DNA of 64,000 nt from Neoechinorhynchus agilis (Eukaryota; Animalia; Acanthocephala), in the NCBI GenBank assembly GCA_051530055.1, contig CM121342.1:7136668-7200667 (forward strand), given 5' to 3'. The position numbers and the translations under genes were made by a program. Shown one piece after another: positions 48,653-61,196 of the stretch (within the stretch, counting starts at the first letter, position 1; every line of letters begins with the position of its first letter). Under the pieces are notes generated by a model. It worked only from the letters and a program-made list of their open reading frames with translations. It did not search any database and had not been told where the DNA came from.

Positions 48653-51600
48653 TTAGGAATATGAGTAAGATGTCCAACGATTGCACCGTTGCAGGCAAAG
48701 ATCCTTCAGGAACCCAGCCCAGGATTTTGGTAGCAAATCAATGTGCCTCTTGTGTTCGGGAGGGCGACCTCTTGAGAAAAACACTAGGCTGGAAATGGCC
48801 CACGACTTCCAGATAGTACGAACGTGATGAAAGTCAAGTCCCAATTTGTAAGCGCGAGTGGCTTTTGATTTAGCTATTTTGAGAAGTTTCTTCAATTTTG
48901 AAATGCCAGTCCTGGGGGATAAGTTGAATGTAAGAGTGTGACCGAGAATACGCAGTTTACTGGGCATAAAATTCTCGACAGGTGAGGATGAAGAATTATT
49001 GGAAAGGAGTGAGGAAAAGAAAAGTTTTAGATCTTTGCGTAAACAACTTGAACGGGTTTTGAAGATCAGTTTTGTTTTTGAAAAATTGAGAGAGAGGTTC
49101 ATGCGAGGTAGCATGGTGTTAAGATAGTCTATAGACTGTATAATTAAAAGTTTTAAACTGGTGATCCTGTGAGATTTCAGCACAAAGGTGAAATCATCAG
49201 CATAGCAGATCAAGTTAGCGTTATAAGAGAAGTTTTGTACAAGATATTGAGAGGCCAAGAGGAATAAGATAGTAGAGAGAGGTGATCCCTGTGGGACACC
49301 ATTAAGAGGGTAATATAAGGTTTTTGTAGCGTCATCGTCAAAAAAGAAGGCCTTTGAGAACAGTGTATTGTGAATCCTGGCAATAAGATTATGTGGAACA
49401 CTGAAAAATTCTAACATCTCGATAATAAAGCCCAGCGAGATTTTGTCAAAAGCCTGAGACAGGTCCACTGCTAAAATAGCACGTAGAGGGAAGGCATCGT
49501 CCCCGAAATTCGAGTAAATGTCAGCCAGCGCTGAGTGAACAGATTTGCCTTTTAAAAAACCATGACAATTACTGGAGATGCAGTTGTGTTCCCCGATAAA
49601 AAGATTTAGTTTATGCGCTAGAGCCCGTTCTTAGATGGTGACCAGGGGATTTTGCAGGGAGATCGGCCGAAAGTCGTTGGGAGCCTTAACTAACTTCCTC
49701 CCATTCTTAACTAAAAATATGCGCCTCGAAATGTTGATATCTCTCCAGGCATAAGGGGAGCACTTCAACATCAGATTCGCTATGAGGAGGACACTCTCCC
49801 GAGAAAGCAGGGATAGGCATTTTGTCCCTGAGGTGCTATTGGATGAGGACAATTTTGGATTTAGGGACCAAACTTTGACAATATCAGATTGATTTAAATC
49901 AGATCGATTAGGAATTAGCCATGAAAGTCAAAGATAGACGAGAGAATATGATCCATAGAGAATGCTTTTAACCACGAGGTGAGTTTCGACCTCCAACTGA
50001 TAAACCTCTTCTTCCCAGAGGCCATATTCCACCAGGACGATGAGAATGGTTGTAAGGATTTTAGGGTAGCGCGGTCGGAAACCAATTGTTGTCGACATCG
50101 AGCAGCCCAGTAATGACTAAAGAGCACTTTGACAAGAAGAATATCTCCACGAATTTTGGCTTGGTATAATTGACGCCCAATAAAACGGAAGGATCTTCTT
50201 TCATAAGGTCTAGAAAAAGTTCTTTGTGGTTGATAGAGGAACAGATTAGCGGTGGTATTGATAAAACTGTTAATTTGAGGTAGGGAATAATTTAGAGAAT
50301 TAGTTAAAACCGAACAAGATAGAAGTGAATAGCTAATCGCTCTGAAAAAAGCGATGTTCAGAGGAGACAAATGAAGGACTCTCCTGAGTGTATTATTGGA
50401 GCATCATGACCCGTTAGGTGGAAGCGAGACAATTGACGATCTACTTGAACTAGCAGATTTAAGCATTTCCTGTGAATGATAAGATCCAGGAAGGAATGGG
50501 TGTTATTTTTAGTTAGAATATGAAAGGATGGGGTGAGAGGAGCGGAGAGTTCGTATTGAGGTTTAGCGGAGTTAACTATGGCTTTGGACCATTTCATTGA
50601 GGGATCGTTAAAATCACCAACAATGAAGTCAATATTGGCACGAAGAAGGCATTTAATGACATTCTTAACGGCCGGACGATGAATAAAACCGGGTCGTATG
50701 TACAGATTGACAATAGTGAAAGGCCGGCGAGTGAAATAAAATTTAAAGATAGAGTAGGATATCTCATTTGTCGTGAAGGAAGATGATAAGGAGGGATTGA
50801 GAGAGGATTTGAAGACAGAAATTAGCCCTTGAGACGAATGTTCGAATGGATCAGAGATAAAGGAATTGTATTCAGGAGAATCAAGCTGCGGTAGGAGATT
50901 AAAAAGTTGGGAGGTATTAAAAATACTCTTGCTTTCTTGTAAAAGTAACATGGAAGCTCCCGATATGAGACTATTAATTTTTGGAAGATTGGCCGCCCCC
51001 CCCAAAAGTTCCCCTGCAACAGGCGCAAGTTCTCTACCATTACCTGGGCTTTTTGGATTTTCTGCGGATCGGGCCTGCTACGGGAATAAGGTCCGCAACT
51101 CCGTTATTGATTAGTTCAGACGGCTCCTTAATGATTTGATTTACGAATTCCGAATCCCTATCTACGCAGTCGTCAACGGGGTTATATTCGCCGTTTTGAG
51201 TAGAAATGGGTCTTTTGAGAACGGAATAGCTTGGATGTTTGAGAAACGAGGAGAGCGTAATAGGAAGTTCCGATAAACGTGTTAACAATACACTGACTTT
51301 CCTTTCGAAGGTGATCAAAGCCTCGGTGATTCGGGCTTGCATTGTAGTGAACATGTTGTTACATACCTCTTCGAGGCAACACTCCAGCAGCTCCATGGTG
51401 ACCAGTTGATTGTTAGAAGAGACAGGAGTCGAGTTCGCATTCGTGAAGGTTGGGTTATTGACTGAAGAAGTGACCTGAGCAGACGAAGCTGAAGCCGAGC
51501 TTGAGGAGCCTCGGGCCGGCGAAATAGAGGGAATATTCCCCCTATTTTTGAACCACGCCCAGTATCGCTTAAACTCTGGGCAGCCTTTGAAGAAAGCAGC

Positions 51601-52400
51601 ATGAGGTCCCTGACAATTTGCGCAATGCCTCTTAAGTGGGTCGGGCAGCGATCTGAGGTATGATCGGCGCAGGAGCAGTGGCAACATTTAGCATCCTTCT
51701 GATTTTTGCAGTTTTGACACCAGTGACCCCATTGCTGGCATATATTGCAGCGGGGGAAAACATAATCATCTTGCTCACTGAAGGATTTCAAAGTAAAATG
51801 GATCGAGAAGCAGTTGAAGGCTCGAGGTCTGCTGGTGCAGAGGTCATCACGCAAATGTCTCATACCCTCAACGGCTGCAATAGAAATTGGAAGTCCAGAT
51901 TTTCTTGATTTGATGAAGTATTTAATTGTGCAGCCGAATGATGATTCGAAAAGATCCCTATCCTCCTTGCATATGTCCGGTTGGAGTCCATGGACAAGAA
52001 ATTGAACCTTTTGTGAGGTTGCAGAGACCGTGTAGAGATTATTAGGAAGATTGGAATTGGCGAATTTAACGAGATTGGACATCCATTCATATTTGGAAAC
52101 ATAAATCCTCATGGTGCCGGCGAAATAAGATAGTTTATCAACTCGTTTTATGCCATCGTTATTGAATGTGTGAGCCCAAGGAGTAAAAAAGCTTGTCGAA
52201 CATGACTTGTTTTGGAAGAGACCACAAAAGGCCATCTTTTGGTAGGAAGAGCTTGATAATGTTCTGAGAAGATATTTTTTCAAGTTTTTTCACTGGCAAG
52301 CCGGTATGTTATGATCATTCAATTTTAGTCAATCCCTTTCTTGTCCGGCTTATTTATTTAGGCATAAAGAACTCTTAACCGACATTGGAGACTATGTGGT
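48653..52400 (-). mobile_element. Non-LTR retrotransposon (I/Jockey-like superfamily), frameshifted: ORF1 with three zinc knuckles, ORF2 APE + RT
   Basis: ORF1 CNICQQWGHWCQNC, CCHCSCADHTSDRC, CANCQGPH; APE LLQE..IVNLY..IVGDFN..SFLDL..TGHD; RT FRPISL, DLSQAFD, GVPQGSPLS, YADD. Confidence 0.9.
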
Positions 52401-53062
52401 TCTGAGAATGGGAGGCTCTCGATGTTCGATTGGTACCGACCCTCCGCAATTATCGGGAGAATCGGAGATAACTGATTCATCGACGCCCGTTGACGGGAGA
52501 GCGCTGGAGACGACGGTGATTTGTCTCCGAAGATCCGGAGGCACAGTGATCTTCAAGGAATTGGGTGGCCGTTTGCCACCCTCCGCCAAAACATTGGTGG
52601 GCGATATCGATCTGCCCTAGGTCACACCTCCGCTCTTTCGATAAAAGGGATAACGCGTTTGCGGCTTCTTCAACCTTAGGCTTCTCCTTGGCATCCCAAT
52701 TATCTCTTCGCTTGTTCCAGTCTCGTCTGTTCTACCTGGCGCAAGTTTTGTTCGTCGACCTCCTTGTTTTCTAACTCGATGTTAACTCCCATCCTCTGTC
52801 TGCACTACATCAGCTTGTTTGTTTTCGAATTTGTTTTCACCGTCATATTTCCGATCTTTGTTCCGTTCACTCAGCCACCGGCGTCTGACTTTATCCACGT
52901 GTTTTCGCAACTCACGGCGACCTCATCAACCATGCACATTCTCCTCCCTATTCTCTCCAGGCCCGCCTCCTGGAGGTATCTGAGGATCCGGAGAGATGTA
53001 CGAACTCTTAACGTTTCGTAAGAGTTTAAGTGGTCATATCACTTTTCTGGTGTAAAACCCAC

Positions 53063-53281
53063 TTCTCCGTAATAGGAAAAGAGCTGTGATTGTTTGGACT
53101 TCTGGAACCCTTCGGGCTGCGATTAAGGGCAGGTCTGCTACGAATTCTGAAGATTACTGGAAAAAATTGGCTTTATTAAAAGCCTTCAACAGTGGTCCAG
53201 AATCAACGAAGACTGGCACTCCGGTGACTGCTGTAAACGTCAATCTAAACCACCTTTTCAAGATCTAGTTTTGCCATGGAC
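53063..53281 (-). mobile_element. Dispersed repeat with a retropepsin-like VDSG motif (LTR-element remnant), second copy at 63138-63354
   Basis: Minus strand reads TAVTGVPVFVDSG here and AAVSGVPVSVDSG at 63.3 kb; shared ctagttttgccatggac and ccagaatcaacg. Confidence 0.55.
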
Positions 53282-53599
53282 CGTGTGGATTTCTAAGGTG
53301 AACCAATAGGATCGTTTGTGATAGAAAGCAAAATAAAGTAACTGATCCCTCTAGGCGCATCGTCGAAACATCAGGAACAGAGGTTCCAAGTCCGAATTTG
53401 ATTGCTTTTGCCCTGACGAATCTTGGAATTCGAGACATCCAACAAAGACGAGTAATAGCAATGCAAACGGTACACATTAAATTCTTTAGCGAAATTTCCA
53501 AAATTAGGTAAACCTAAAACGATTGGATCGTTCTTTCAATGTTACAAGTGTTCTTCATTCGAAGGCTTTCGTCGGATTAAGTAATCTAAGAAGCGGATC

Positions 53600-54300
53600 C
53601 TAGCACATATTTATTTTCGATCTTATCCAACTGGATAACGGAGTATGCGCATTTCCGTCGTTCCGAGGCGCTTGATTTGCAGGTTCGTCGCGTTCGAAGT
53701 CTGGGCTCCGTAAATCGGATCTTGTCGCGACTTTGTAAATATGTCCCTTGAGCTCTAATGGGACTCGACCGTCGCAAATTACGCTGGTTAGGCTCTTCCA
53801 TTTCGACCACCCGTTTTGAATCCGGGCCGTTATCTCATCACTCATATCGCTCCCGGAATTTACTATGGACCCCATATAGCGAAAGTGATCTTGACAGTTT
53901 AGTACTCTTTCCTGCTGCAGATTGATAGCATCTGAACTCACATAAACTGTCTTTTCTTTGCAAATTCTCATGCCATAGTCTTCGAACGACCCTCTCCATT
54001 TCTCGAGATCCTCGTTGAGTTCTTTGCAGAAGCTGATCAGAACGATGTCGTCGTCGAACATCACGTTCTAAGGAGGCCCTTGGCTAACGCTGCAGGTTAT
54101 CTCGTCGAGTACAAGTATAAACAGGTAAGGACTAAGAGCAGATCCTCGGTGCAAGCCAATCTTACCCAGGAAAGTATCAGTATCTCCAATAGGCGTCCGG
54201 ATCTATGTTTAGCTTCCTTCGTACATATCCTTGTTGAGACGAAGGAACGAGCACTCACTCTGCTCCAAGATCTCTCGAAGAAATTGAGAGAAACGACCAA
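53600..54300 (-). mobile_element. RTE-clade reverse transcriptase fragment, degenerate
   Basis: GLHRGSALSPYLFILVLD..MFDDDIVL..FRYMGS..ARIQNGWSKW..CDGRVPLELKGHIYK. Confidence 0.82.
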
Positions 54301-54698
54301 AACGTTCTTTTTGGGAAAACATTTTTCGTCCTAATTCAATTTTTATCCAGAGTTAAAACGATAATTGGGAGATTCCGACAATTCGCGATTACTTTCATTT
54401 ACCTTATCGACCGAGCAGTTGAAGCAATGGATCGCGAATGGAAGGCGGGCCAATATAAGCAGTCCCTTATTTACCTGGTCATTAATTATGACACAAAATG
54501 TATGCTAAAACACTGCTCAAGACGAGGACATCACATGGACGGCCATGAACTGCAATAATATTTCCAAAACAATGTCATCAATAAACAAGTGGGTATAAAA
54601 CCAGCTGAGATCAATGTTTGAAGACCGTGGGAATTTAAGGATCCACTTGCGAGCTATTTGAATCGAGACTACAATTTTAAACTCATCTCTCTTCGTTC

Positions 54699-57600
54699 AT
54701 GGTTCAAATTACGATCGAGAATATCAAGCGAGCGGGAGTTCTCGGCCACGATAATAAAGCTTATATCTTGGGAGATTTAATTGATGAAAACAGTTTCGGG
54801 CAAGTTCTCAAATGCAAACAGAGGGTATCAAAAAGCAACCTTGCAGTTAAAATATTAAAGAACGCCATTGGGACTTCGACATGGATGATTGCGAATTCAA
54901 GATATTTAATGCCATAAAAGAGGCTGATGGAGAACGAGCTAATATCGCAGTGTCCCTCGAAATGTTTAAGTAATGCAGTAGTCCGTGCATGATTCTTGAA
55001 CACTACGAAATGGTAAACACATTTGGACCAACGCCAAAAAATCGGTTGTTTTCCTTGGTATAACCAAATGTTGCAAGCATTAGAGAAGCTAAAAGATCTT
55101 CATGGAGATCTCAAGCTAGGAAATATTATGATGGCCAATTGTCTAGGTAAACCTGAACAATTCAAACTCATTGATTTTGGTCTTGAAGTACAACTTCGAA
55201 ACCAAGAGTCTCTTTATGGATACCTCCAAACTTCGTACTATCGAGCTCCGGAAATGATCGTGAGTTTACCCATCGCTAAATCAATCGACATGAAGAGCCT
55301 TGGTAGCACTATCGGGGAACTCGCGGTTGTGAGGCCAATGTGGCAAGTTCTCAAATGCAAACAGAGGGGATCAAAAAGCAACCTTGCAGTTAAAATATTA
55401 AAGAACGCCATTGGGGACTTCGACATGGATGATTGCGAATTCAAGATGTTTAATGCCATAAAAGAGGCTGATGGAGAACGAGCTAATATCGCAGTGTCCC
55501 TCGAAATGTTTAAGTAATGCAGTAGTTCGTGCATGATTCTTGAACACTACGAAATGGTAAACACATTTGGACCAACGCCAAAAAATCGGTTGTTTTCCTT
55601 GGTATAACCAAATGTTGCAAGCATTAGAGAAGCTAAAAGATCTTCATGGAGATCTCAAGCAAGGAAATATTATGATGGCCAATTGTCTAGGTAAACTCGA
55701 ACAATTCAAACTCATTGATTTTTGTCTTGAAGTACAACCGAAACCAAGAGTCTCTTTATGGATACCTCCAAACTTCGTACTATCGAGCTCCGGAAATGAT
55801 CGTGAGTTTACCCATCGCTAAATCAATCGACATGAGGAGCCTTGGTTGCACTATCGGGGAACTCGCGGTTGTGAGGCCAATGTGGAAAGTTCCCAAATGC
55901 AAACAGAGGGGATCAAAAAGCAACCTTGCAGTTAAAATATTAAAGAACGCCATTGGGACTTCGACATGGATGATTGCGAATTCAAGATATTTAATGCCAT
56001 AAAAGAGGCTGATGGAGAACGAGCTAATATCGCAGTGTCCCTCGAAATGTTTAAGTAATGCAGTCATCCGTGCATGATTCTTGAACACTACGAAATGGTA
56101 AACACATTTGGACCGACGCCAAAAAATCGGTTGTTTTCCTTGGTATAACCAAATGTTGCAAGCATTAGAGAAGCTAAAAGATCTTCATGGAGATCTCAAG
56201 CTAGGAAATATTATGATGGTCAATTTTCTAGGTAAACCTGAACAATTCAAACTCATTGATTTTGGTCTTGAAGTACAACTTCGAAACCAAGAGTCTCTTT
56301 ATGGATACCTCCAAACATCGTACTATCGAGCTCCGGAAATGATCGTGAGTTTACCCATCGCTAAATCAATCGACATGAAGAGCCTTGGTTGCACTATCGG
56401 GGAACTCGCGGTTGTGAGGCCAATGTGGCAATTTCTCAAATGCAAACAGAGGGTATCAAAAGGCAACCTTGCAGTTAAAATATTAAAGAACGCCATTGGG
56501 ACTTCGATGATGATTGCGAATTCAAGATATTTAATGCCATAAAAGAGGCTGATGGAGAACGAGCTAATATCGCAGTGTCCCTCGAAATGCTTTCAAGTAA
56601 TGCAGTAGTTCGTGCATGATTCTTGAACACTACGAAATGGTAAACACATTTGGACCAACGCCAAAAAATCGGTTGTTTTCCTTGGTATAACCAAATGTTG
56701 CGAGCATTAGAGAAGCAAAAGATCTGAATATCATTCTCAAGCTAGGAAATATTATGATGGTCAATTTTCTAGGTAAACATGAACAATTCAAACTCATTGA
56801 TTTTGGTCTTGAAGTACAACTTCGAAACCAAGAGTCTCTTTATGGATACCTAAAAACTTCGTACTATCGAGCTCAGGAAATGATCGTGAGTTTACCCATC
56901 GCTAAATCAATCGACATGAAGAGCCTTGGTTGCACTATCGGGGAACTCGCGGTTGTGAGGCCAATGTGGCAAGTTCTCGAATGCAAACAGAGGGGATCAA
57001 AAAGCAACCTTGCAGTTAAAATATTAAAGTACGATATTGGGGACTTCGACATGGATGATTGCGAATTCAAGATATTTAATGCCATAAAAGAGGCTGATGG
57101 AGAACGAGCTAATATCGCAGTGTCCCTCGAAATGTTTAAGTAATGCAGTTGTCCGTGCATGATTCTTGAACACTACGAAATGGTAAACATATTTGGACCA
57201 ACGCCAAAAAATCGGTTGTTTTCCTTGGTATAACCAAATGTTGCAAGCATTAGAGAAGCTAAAAGATCTTCATGCAGATCTCAAGCTATCAAATATTATG
57301 ATGGCCAATTGTCTAGGTAAACCTGAACAATTCAAACTCATTGATTTTGGTCTTGAAGTACAACTTCGAAAACAAGAGTCTCTCTATGGATACCTCCAAA
57401 CTTCGTACTATCGAGCTCCAGAAATGATCGTGGGTTTACCCATCGCTAAATCAATCGACATGAAGAGCCTTGATCGCACTATCGGGGGAACTCGCGGTTG
57501 TGAGGCCAATGTGGCAAGTTCTCAAATGCAAACAGAGGGGATCAAAAAGCAACCTTGCAGTTAAAATATTAAAGTACGCGATTGGGGACTTCGACATGGA

Positions 57601-60581
57601 TGATTGCGAATTCAAGATGTTTAATGCCATAAAAGAGGCTGATGGAGAACGAGCTAATATCGCAGTGTCCCTCGAAATGTTTAAGTAATGCAGTCATCCG
57701 TGCATGATTCTTGAACACTACGAAATGGTAAACACATTTGGACCAAGGCCAAACAATCGGTTTTTTTCCCTGGTATAACCAAATGTTGCAAGCATTAGAG
57801 AAGCTAAAAGATCTTCATGGAGATCTCAAGCTAGGAAATATTATGATGGTCAATTTTCTAGGTAAACCTGAACAATTCAAACTCATTGATTTTGGTCTTG
57901 AAGTACAACTTCGAAACCAAGAGTCTCTTATGGATACCTCCAAACATCGTACTATCGAGCTCCGTGTGATCGTGAGTTTACCCATCGCTAAATCAATCGA
58001 CATGAAGAGCCTTGGTTGCACTATCGGGGAACTCGCGGTTGTGAGGCCAATGTGGAAAGTTCTCAAATGCAAACAGAGGGGATCAAAAAGCAACCTTGCA
58101 GTTAAAATATTAAAGAACGCCATTGGGGACTTCGACATGGATGATTGCGAATTCAAGATGTTTAATGCCATAAAAGAGGCTGATGGAGAACGAGCTAATA
58201 TCGCAGTGTCCCTCGAAATCTTTAAGTAATGCAGTCATCCGTGCATGATTCTTGAACACTACGAAATGGTAAACACATTTGGACCAACGCCAAAAAATCG
58301 GTTGTTTTCCTTGGTATAACCAAATGTTGCAAGCATTAGAGAAGCTAAAAGATCTTCATGCAGATCTCAAGCTAGGAAATATTATGATGGTCAATTGTCT
58401 AGGTAAACCTGAACAATTCAAACTCATTGATTTTGGTCTTGAAGTACAACTTCGAAACCAAGAGTCTCTTTATGGATACCTCCAAACTTCGTACTATCGA
58501 GCTCCGGAAATGATCGTGGGTTTACCCATCGCTAAATCAATCGACATGAAGAGCCTTGGTAGCACTATCGGAACCTTTGGTTGTGAGGCCAATGTGGCAA
58601 GTTCTCAAATGCAAACAGAGGGGATCAAAAAGCAACCTTGCAGTTAAAATATTAAAGAACGCCATTGGGGACTTCGACATGGATGATTGCGAATTCAAGA
58701 TGTTTAATGCCATAAAAGAAGCTGATGGAGAACGAGCTAATATCGCAGTGTCCCTCGAAATGTTTAAGTAATGCAGTCATCCGTGCATGATTCTTGAACA
58801 CTACGAAATGGTAAACATATTTGGACCAACGCCAAAAAATCGGTTGTTTTCCTTGGTATAACCAAATGTTGCAAGCATTAGAGAAGCTAAAAGATCTTCA
58901 TGGAGATCTCAAGCAAGGAAATATTATGATGGCCAATTGTCTAGGTAAACCTGAACAATTCAAACTCATTGATTTTTGTCTTGAAGTACAACTTCGAAAC
59001 CAAGAGTCTCTTTATGGATACCTCCAAACTTCGTACTATCGAGCTCCGGAAATGATCGTGAGTTTACCCATCGCTAAATCAATCGACATGAAGAACCTTG
59101 GTTGCACTATCGGGGAACTCGCGGTTGTGAGGCCAATGTGGCAAGTTCTCAAATGCAAACAGAAGGGATCAAAAAGCAACCTTGCAGTTAAAATATTAAA
59201 GTACGCCATTGGGGACTTCGACATGGATGATTGCGAATTCAAGATATTTAATGCCATAAAAGAGGCTGATGGAGAACGAGCTAATATCGCAGTGTCCCTC
59301 GAAATGTTTAAGTAATGTAGTAGTTCGTGCATGATTCTTGAACACTACGAATGGTAAACACATTTGGACCAACGCCAAAAAATCGGTTGTTTTCCTTGGT
59401 ATAACCAAATGTTGCAAGCATTAGAGAAGCTAAAAGATCTTCATGGAGATCTCAAGCTAGGAAATATTATGATAGCCAATTGTCTAGGTAAACCTGAACA
59501 ATTCAAACTCATTGATTTTGGTCTTGAAGTACAACTTCGAAACCAAGAGTCGCTTTATGGATACCTCCAAACTTCGTACTATCGAGCTCAGGAAATGATC
59601 GTGAGTTTACCCATCGCAAAATCAATCGACATGAAGAGCCTTGGTTGCACTATCGGGGAACTCGCGATTGTGAGGCCAATGTGGAAAGTTCTCAAATGCA
59701 AACAGAGGGGATCAAAAAGCAACCTTGCAGTTAAAATATTAAAGAACGCCATTGGGGACTTCGACATGGATGATTGCGAATTCAAGATGTTTAATGCCAT
59801 AAAAGAGGCTGATGGAGAACGAGCTAATATCGCAGTGTCCCTCGAAATGTTTAAGTAATGCAGTAGTCCGTGCATGATTCTTGAACACTACGAAATGGTA
59901 AACATATTTGGACCAAGGCCAAAAAATCGGTTGTTTTCCTTGGTATAACCAAATGTTGCAAGCATACGGAAGCTAAAAGATCTTCATGGAGATCTCAAGC
60001 TAGGAAATATTATGATGGCCAATTGTCTAGGTAAACCTGAACAATTCAAACTCATTGATTTTGGTCTTGAAGTACAACTTCGAAACCAAGAGTCTCTTTA
60101 TGGATACCTCCAAACTTCGTACTATCGAGCTCCGGAAATGATCGTGAGTTTACCCATCGCTAAATCAATCGACATGAAGAGCCTTATTTGCACTATCGGG
60201 GAACTCGCGATCGGGGAACTCGCGGTTGGGAGGCCAATGTTTCCAGGGAGTGACGATTATGAAACACTGGTTAGAATAACGATAACAAGAGGTGTTATCC
60301 CGAATGCGGTCCTTTATAATGGAGTACGGACATTGCTATACCATAATAGGACAATCAACGGAGATGGATGGGTGCTGAAATCTCCATTAGAAAGGGGAAT
60401 CTTTCCGCCGAACAACAGTGCGCTGCATCCACCGTTAGTGTCTTTGGCTCAGAAGATCCGCAAAACACCAGCAAGTTTTTGGCAATGCTGGGTCACCTGC
60501 TTGAACTTATCCCCGAGAGTCGAGTTGATCCCACGGTCGGCATCAAACAAAAATGGAGACGTCGCTCAAGTTTCGGGATAA
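54699..60581 (+). pseudogene. HIPK/DYRK-like (CMGC) kinase pseudogene whose core is tandemly amplified 10 times
   Basis: FGQVLKC..AVKILK, HGDLK, KLIDFG, YLQTSYYRAPE, IDMKSLGC..EL..GRPMFPG..YE; every unit carries the same TAA after EMFK. Confidence 0.85.
54799..60240 (+). repeat. Tandem array, ~543-544-bp unit, 10 copies, kinase-derived
   Basis: Unit starts (gg[c/a]aagt) at 54799, 55342, 55884, 56427, 56968, 57513, 58054, 58596, 59140, 59683. Confidence 0.97.
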
Positions 60582-61196
60582 CGAGCGGCGATCATTTTCG
60601 TATTTTCTACGAAGAAAAGAATCAGTATGATTTTGTGGAGGTGAGCATTAACGGAAAAGGTAAATATTCGGAAACGTTGTTAGCAACAAAATATTTGGTG
60701 TTTAGGGCGAAAACGTTCCTTATCCTACAAAAACGATAATGTGTTCATCCAAATATTTATTCCGAAACGTCAACATTTTGTTTTTATCGAATACTTGAAA
60801 CCACTCTTTTCAATCTAAACTTAGAAAAACATTGTATCAAAAATGAAGTTTGTTAACGATTTAAGAGACAATCTATTACCCAATTCCCAAACAGTCGAAG
60901 TAAAAATTATTTCAATAATGTTTTTATTTCGCAGAAAAATTGAAGTAATTTATTTTCTTACACTGACTTTGATTAATTTGCTGAATTTTCGAAACCCCAG
61001 CTGCATTCGAAAAAAATTGAGGATGTCTTAAAAATTTGAGAAATAATCAAAATTGTAAATTTCAAGAATACTTCGTTCTGTGAATTCGCCATTCTACACA
61101 ACACATATCTTTTATTTCTAAGAACCAAACCTAACAAGGCGGAAAAATTGAAGAAACTTATTTGTTCCGATATTTCAGAAGTTTTTCGATGAGGAA

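Noticed and set aside
54340-54640. Integrase-like remnant (NNVINKQVGIKPAEI)
   Set aside because: Only a faint resemblance to a Polinton/Ginger integrase C-terminus; too degenerate to support.
54761-59875. Minus-strand ORFs such as MFKNHARTTALLKH... and MHELLHYLNISR...
   Set aside because: Antisense shadows of the kinase-derived repeat unit.
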